Origin: Cercozoa sp. M6MM
Taxonomy: Eukaryota > Protista > Endomyxa: Ascetosporea
NCBI GenBank assembly: GCA_040357565.1
Contig: JBDODJ010000089.1
Strand: one strand, 5' to 3'
Length of the DNA stretch: 43,915 nucleotides
Shown here: in pieces, positions 39,087-43,915 of the stretch
Numbering within the stretch: the first letter of the stretch is position 1
Layout of the letters: every line of letters starts with the position of its first letter
Program-made: the position numbers and the translations under genes
Notes under the pieces: generated by a model
What the model saw: the letters and a program-made list of their open reading frames with translations, nothing else
What the model was told of the DNA's origin: nothing
Databases searched by the model: none

Positions 39087-39690
39087 CAAGCGGTGTCACG
39101 TGTGTGAAAGGCACAACGACAGAAGAACACACCGCTCACCAAAGTAGAACTCGCACGGGTCTCCAACAGGATCCACGCACTTAATTATCAGCTGACCTCT
39201 GTCGTTGACACATGCCCCGATGATAGGTGAGAGGCACCGGACAGACGCAGCACACAGGGGAAGTAAATTTACGTGGCAGTATGCGCCGACAGATCCAAGA
39301 CGTAAATCGGATTGGCTGTATTCTTGGTCTCGTTATTGTTGGCACAACTTGAGTTGACTGAACAAAGCAGCGGGTAGACACCACATCGCAAACCGCACAC
39401 TGCGGCAAGCAGGTGTGATCGGTACACTCAACTCGACCGCGCATTTCTAAAGTTACTTGGCTTCCGGTTCCAACATATGCTTCTGCCTGAAAACACACAC
39501 ACCAACAGGCTACCAACATTGCACCATTCAGCGGATGAAGCCACGGTACGAACTGGAACGCGTCGCAGAAGGTATTGTACGTGCAGACGCCAGCCGTGGC
39601 ACACAGCGAGCGCGCCATAATGGCACCACGGACCACAGGCACCACGGCCGACAGGCATGTCGCCAACGCGAGTAACAAAAGCACCGTCAT
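30735..39690 (-). CDS. Large class C (GABA-B-like, 7tm_3) GPCR with signal peptide, beta-helix/Pmp-like repeat ectodomain and coiled-coil tail
   Basis: Signal peptide MTVLLLLALATCLSAVV. TM1-3 VSVGIAVLVVCFLVLAVLMALAFWKRDTRVMHATSVPFLLLFLSCGMLALVSCVLFLVTPTTTLCNARRLLLLVSLAALFSALLVRSFRLFRVFRNK; TM4 LLKWVLAIVTVQLVLLAVSVGVAPL; loop 3 LRDVPSLFNDAS; TM7 CLVMLPKL. Several dozen exons. Confidence 0.82.
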
Positions 39691-40151
39691 TTGGGCATGA
39701 AATGCCCAGAAAAGGCAGAACGATACAGAAACGAACAATCAGAAAAACTCGATCTGTCCTAAGCAACAAGCACTCGAGACGCACCAGACCGGCTCGTGGA
39801 ACAAGGTCACAGCAAACTTGACCAACGAGGTGTTGGAAACGACACGCGCCTTGGCCTGGTCAGGCGGTGTTGTTGTCGATGAGTACTCTGTACTGGAGCC
39901 AGCTGATCCCAAAGTGGAGAATCCAGTGACTGATCACGTTGGTCACAACAACATCATCAACTCATCCTGGAGCCGGCTGTACGATGCGGTTCAAAAAAAT
40001 AAAGTCTACACTGGCAGCGCTCACTTCTTGCTGCAGCTCGCTGCCAGCAGCCGACACCGACAGTACCACTGTGTAGTAAACCTTGCAATACTAACGGTAT
40101 CGATACAATACAGTAGAGTACGAGATCAGATCCCTTGGGTCCTGTCATAAG

Positions 40152-41244
40152 ATGGTGCACAAGCGACGGAAGTCGACCTCACGCTTTAGCTCGCCTCTGG
40201 TGAGTTTTAATCGCAAGTGTTCGTTGTTGTTTAGATCTTTCGTCCTTAGTGGAGTGACGACAGCGAGATCAAGCTTCAGTCCTCCAACAGCGGGAGATAT
40301 CTTCGTATCTTGCCTGACGGATCGATCGACTGCAGGTATAATCTAAATTTACTTTTATTTTCTAACTTAGAATGCGCGACATCTCTGTGCATCCCTCTTT
40401 TTATAGAAGTCATGGAAACACTGACTGGGCCAGGTACGTTTGTTCTGTACGTTACTTGTCTATACGTGTGGAGTTTGTTGATGATACGATATCAGGTTTA
40501 CGGTAACCCACGCGCGCAACTCTGGCTGTGTGCGCCTGCGTAACATTGGCGACCCATGTACCTTCTTCCTCTTGTGCTGCTTATTTCTGTCTCTGCCCTT
40601 TATGACTCTCCTTTGTGATATGTTCGCCTCTCTAAACAGCACATTTTTTGGGTATCGACAGGCAGGGCCGTTTGGTACGTTCTCTTCTTCTCTGAGATGG
40701 CAGGTCGTGTGTTTTATTTATTGCGCTACCCCAGCAGTTGGTTTGTGACGGCGGTAAAGACGCCGAGCTTGTTCCGCTGTGCGTTCGCTCACTCTGTATT
40801 CAATGTCAATGTCATGTGGGGCGTACACACTGCTCATAGGTGCCAGGGTAACAACAAAGAGCAAGTCGCACTGCACGGCGCACTGCATCCCGGACAGTAC
40901 CTTGCTCTTTTCCCTTATCCTTGCTACTGTGTTCGTGTGTGTGTGTGTGTGTGTGTTGTCTACATGTGCTAATGATGTGTAGATTCTACCATATCGGTTG
41001 CGATAAGGTCAGTCTTACTCCCTGCCGTATTTCATGTGTGTTAAACACTGCTGCTACAGGACGGCAACATGCTGAAACCATCGCGTGTGCGAAACGATGC
41101 CGAGGAAGCCACCTTCGTCGTCAGTGAGGCTCGCATGGAGACTGCCCAAGAAGGTACTTGCATTTTCCGCCTTGCAAGGCAGAAGGACTTTGTTTGGGTG
41201 TTTGCGTAGGTTGCTGCAGCAGCTGCTCATGCCTCGTGATGTAA
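40152..41244 (+). CDS. FGF-like beta-trefoil protein with Cys-rich CAAX C-terminus
   Basis: Ten exons splice in frame to ~170 aa: ..IKLQSSNSGRYLRILPDGSIDCRSHGNTDWARFTV..GCVRLRNIGDPSHFLGIDRQGRL..FYHIGCDKDGNMLKPSRVRNDAEEATFVV..GCCSSCSCLVM*. Confidence 0.7.
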
Positions 41245-41407
41245 CAAAGCGAAACTCAGACAAGTATCGTTGTTTTTCTGCTGTTCCGCACAGTACCTGT
41301 GCTGCAGTCTAAAACACAGCGTGGTAGAACCTGGGCTGCTGATCGGCTACAATATTTTACGTACAATTGAAGGGATATCGTATCACTACCGTACCAAACT
41401 ACCAGAC

Positions 41408-41502
41408 ACTACATCTGGCCCATCCTAAGCGGGCGGTGAATCACGATCATGCGCTGCGATCCACCCGAGGACTGGTATAGTTGGTTTTTTAGTAGACTGA
41501 CT
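41408..41502 (+). mobile_element. Short interspersed element copy C (diverged, internally deleted)
   Basis: ccatcctaagcgggcggtgaatcacgatcatgcgctgcgatccacccgaggactggtatagttggttttttagtagact shares cctaagcgggcggt, ccaccc, gactggt and atagttggttt with copy A. Confidence 0.7.
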
Positions 41503-41636
41503 GTCGCAGGGGTCGTTTTCTCAAGGCCGCGTTATCCAGCCTAAAACTGTTTTGAACCATAGCGGATTTCTTTTCAAGTGTGCGCAAGTGTGTGCTTGCA
41601 TTCTAGCTGATGCTTTAAAGTGCTTTAGGCAACAAA

Positions 41637-43698
41637 ATGATGATAAAGTCGCGAAGGAAAGTAAATGTGCTGCTGATCACATTGGCGACTGTTGTTCTTG
41701 CTGTATACGCGCTCAGTGTGCTGCGACGTCAGCGCTACTCAGTCTTGTGGCACCCCGACACTGACGCCAGTGACGCTGTACCTCTTTGCTCTACAGGGGC
41801 CTCTTGATCAGTGTATTTCTCACTTAGTTCCAATGGGCGCAAACGCGAGCAGCTTCCGAATATCTGCACGATTTGTGAGTCCATTTTTTTCTGTGCTTTG
41901 TGTGGAACTGTGTTGGTTTGTACTGCGGCTTGTGTCGTGCAGAGACCCAGCAGAGATCAACAACTTTTACCTGAACGATGGCGAGACTGACAACGATGTC
42001 TGGTACACCAAGTTCTGTTCTGTTCCGCTGCAGTCGACGCACTGTGCCGCGTAGTGTCGTGATTTTAAGCACTCCTCGTGTCGACTACTTGCATGTCTTG
42101 GTAACCCGGAATATCACACTAGGCTGCATGTGTATGTGCTGAGAGTATTGTGAAACTGCTGCTGTCAGACAAGGTCGCTGGCATCAACGCTGCGTGCCAT
42201 GCGTTTTGCGCAGTCGCACGGCGTCTCCAAGCAGCGACTTGTCATTGCCGTGCCTGCTGTAGCCTTTGAGGACTAATCTATATATGAGGTATATGTATGT
42301 GTGTTGTGTTGGGACACAGAGCGACATGGATGGGCACGCGGAGTTGCAGATGCTGTCGTCCGAGTACGGCGAGGACTGGTTCGACCGTTTCGTGCACACC
42401 GTCGATCGATCAACTATCGTGTCAGGTCCTTTTGGTTTTCTTGCCTGGTTTGCTCCTTCTTTTGGCAGTACCCTGTGTCCTCCCCAAGCAGACGACAGTG
42501 GCCGTGACTTTGAGCACCGGAGTCACAGTCGCTGGAAGCTCAATCAGCGCCTCGATGCCGCTCTCGCTTTACGGTACACTTTGTGACTGTTAATGCAGCG
42601 TGTTAACAGTTGCATGTTTTGTGTCCTGCAGACAATGCACCAGTTCGGCAAAGTATGTGCTCAAACTGGAGGACGACACCTTCGTGTATGTTATGCATAT
42701 ACCTGACTGACTGGGAGGGTAAAGAGACTGTGTATGTGTGTGTGTGTGTGTGAGTGTGTTTTTTTTACAGCGCGCAGACAGCCATCGTTTCGGCAGTGGA
42801 AGCTGCGACGAAAGCGACACGACCGATCGATGACACTGAGAGCGATAAGACTGTGACACTGTACAGCCGCGCGGATGACTCGTCCACGCGGATTCCCATC
42901 AAATACACTGCGCCTGACTTTGCATGCCTCAAGCTCTTCTACACTGAGGTATATTCTATCTTACACCTACTCCTGGCACACACACACACGCACACACACA
43001 CACACACACACACTTGTTTGTGCTGTAGTACTGGGACGGGTTCGACAAGTCCTGGGCCACGGTGAGGACACTGACACTACTGTGGCTGGCCGTGTTCACG
43101 TCGTCGTTGCTGCTGGTCTTCCTGGTTGTTCAGTACGCAGGTAGTGCGGATACGGACAAGCACACACACTCATACGCGTCGGTGCAAGGTCATGGCGGTG
43201 AGCTTTTACCCGGGAATGCCGAGAGAGACGAGTTGGACGACCTTGAAGACGCCGATACTGATATCGAAATGGACGCCTTGTTGAGCAACGACGACACTGC
43301 TGTCCAAAAGGAGGACGCTGGCCATGCAGGGAAGACTCGTCAACTGCTGCTGTCGTGGAGACACGTGCTGCTGTGTGCACTGCTCGGCAGTGGTGTCACT
43401 GCCTTCTGCTACCTGTGCAACAAGTTCAATCTGCCCTTTGGTACTACAGGCCGGGGCCTTTTAGTTGTTTCCGTGGCGAACGTTTTCTCTTGTGTCCACA
43501 GGAAAGACGAGAGGCGTCACCGAGGCGCCGTATCCCCAAATGGTACTTTTTGAGTCGTGACGGGTGGTTTACGTCAGGTGTGCAAAATGTGACTGCGTGT
43601 GCACAGGCTCAGGCTAACTTTTTCCCAAGTGCGCACGCGACAGCTTTCGCACAGCAGCTAATCGATGACTCGCTGCTGTATCTCGAGGGTGACTCGGT

Positions 43699-43768
<70 letters not shown>

Positions 43769-43915
43769 CTGTTATTCTGCTGTACTAAGCGTAGAACGCA
43801 GAGTTCCTGCGCGAGTTCGCCGTCGATGTGGCACTCGGCGCCTACGCCAACCGGAACGATGTCGTGTGTCTCTCTGTCGTTATATATATATATATATATA
43901 TATACGTTTATGCAA
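41637..43915 (+). CDS. Hypothetical membrane protein (runs off the window end)
   Basis: In-frame exon chain with two hydrophobic segments (TLTLLWLAVFTSSLLLVFLVVQY and HVLLCALLGSGVTAFCYL) flanking an acidic loop. No family recognised. Confidence 0.6.

Noticed and set aside
40231-40250. In-frame TAG suggesting stop-codon reassignment
   Set aside because: The TAG is the intron acceptor (ccttag|tgg). TAA, TAG and TGA all terminate genes in this window.

Overview
Compact, intron-rich eukaryotic (most likely protist) genomic DNA. It uses the standard genetic code, and most introns are about 30-140 nt, many carrying (CA)n, (CT)n or (TA)n microsatellites with assembly N-gaps. Splicing exons by hand gives about 18 protein genes, almost all alternating in strand. 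In order: a Rho-family GTPase (3' part), a hypothetical protein, a rolling-stone/FAR-17a-like membrane protein, MTFP1, a CDF/ZnT zinc transporter, an SDR oxidoreductase with apparent frameshifts, a coiled-coil hypothetical, RPL12, a mitochondrial citrate carrier, SAM synthetase, a Nup88-like protein, a TYW3-tail/TYW2 gene, TRM61, a RING-H2 protein with a C-terminal UIM and three SIMs, a hypothetical protein, a very large class C (GABA-B-like) GPCR, an FGF-like beta-trefoil protein ending in CAAX, and a partial membrane protein. The most notable items are: (1) the class C GPCR, whose ectodomain looks like beta-helix/Pmp-type repeats instead of a Venus flytrap; (2) next to it, head-to-head, an apparently prenylated FGF-like protein; (3) a STUbL-like RING protein with reversed architecture; (4) a structured short interspersed repeat with 3 clear copies and 2 fragments, one copy flanked by a 14-bp target-site duplication; (5) a recurrent intergenic motif CGATCGAC-Nx-GTACGGTA; (6) a GTAC-dominated 5' splice consensus. 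All gene models and family calls are by-eye motif recognition, with no database search or RNA evidence, and several ends are approximate.
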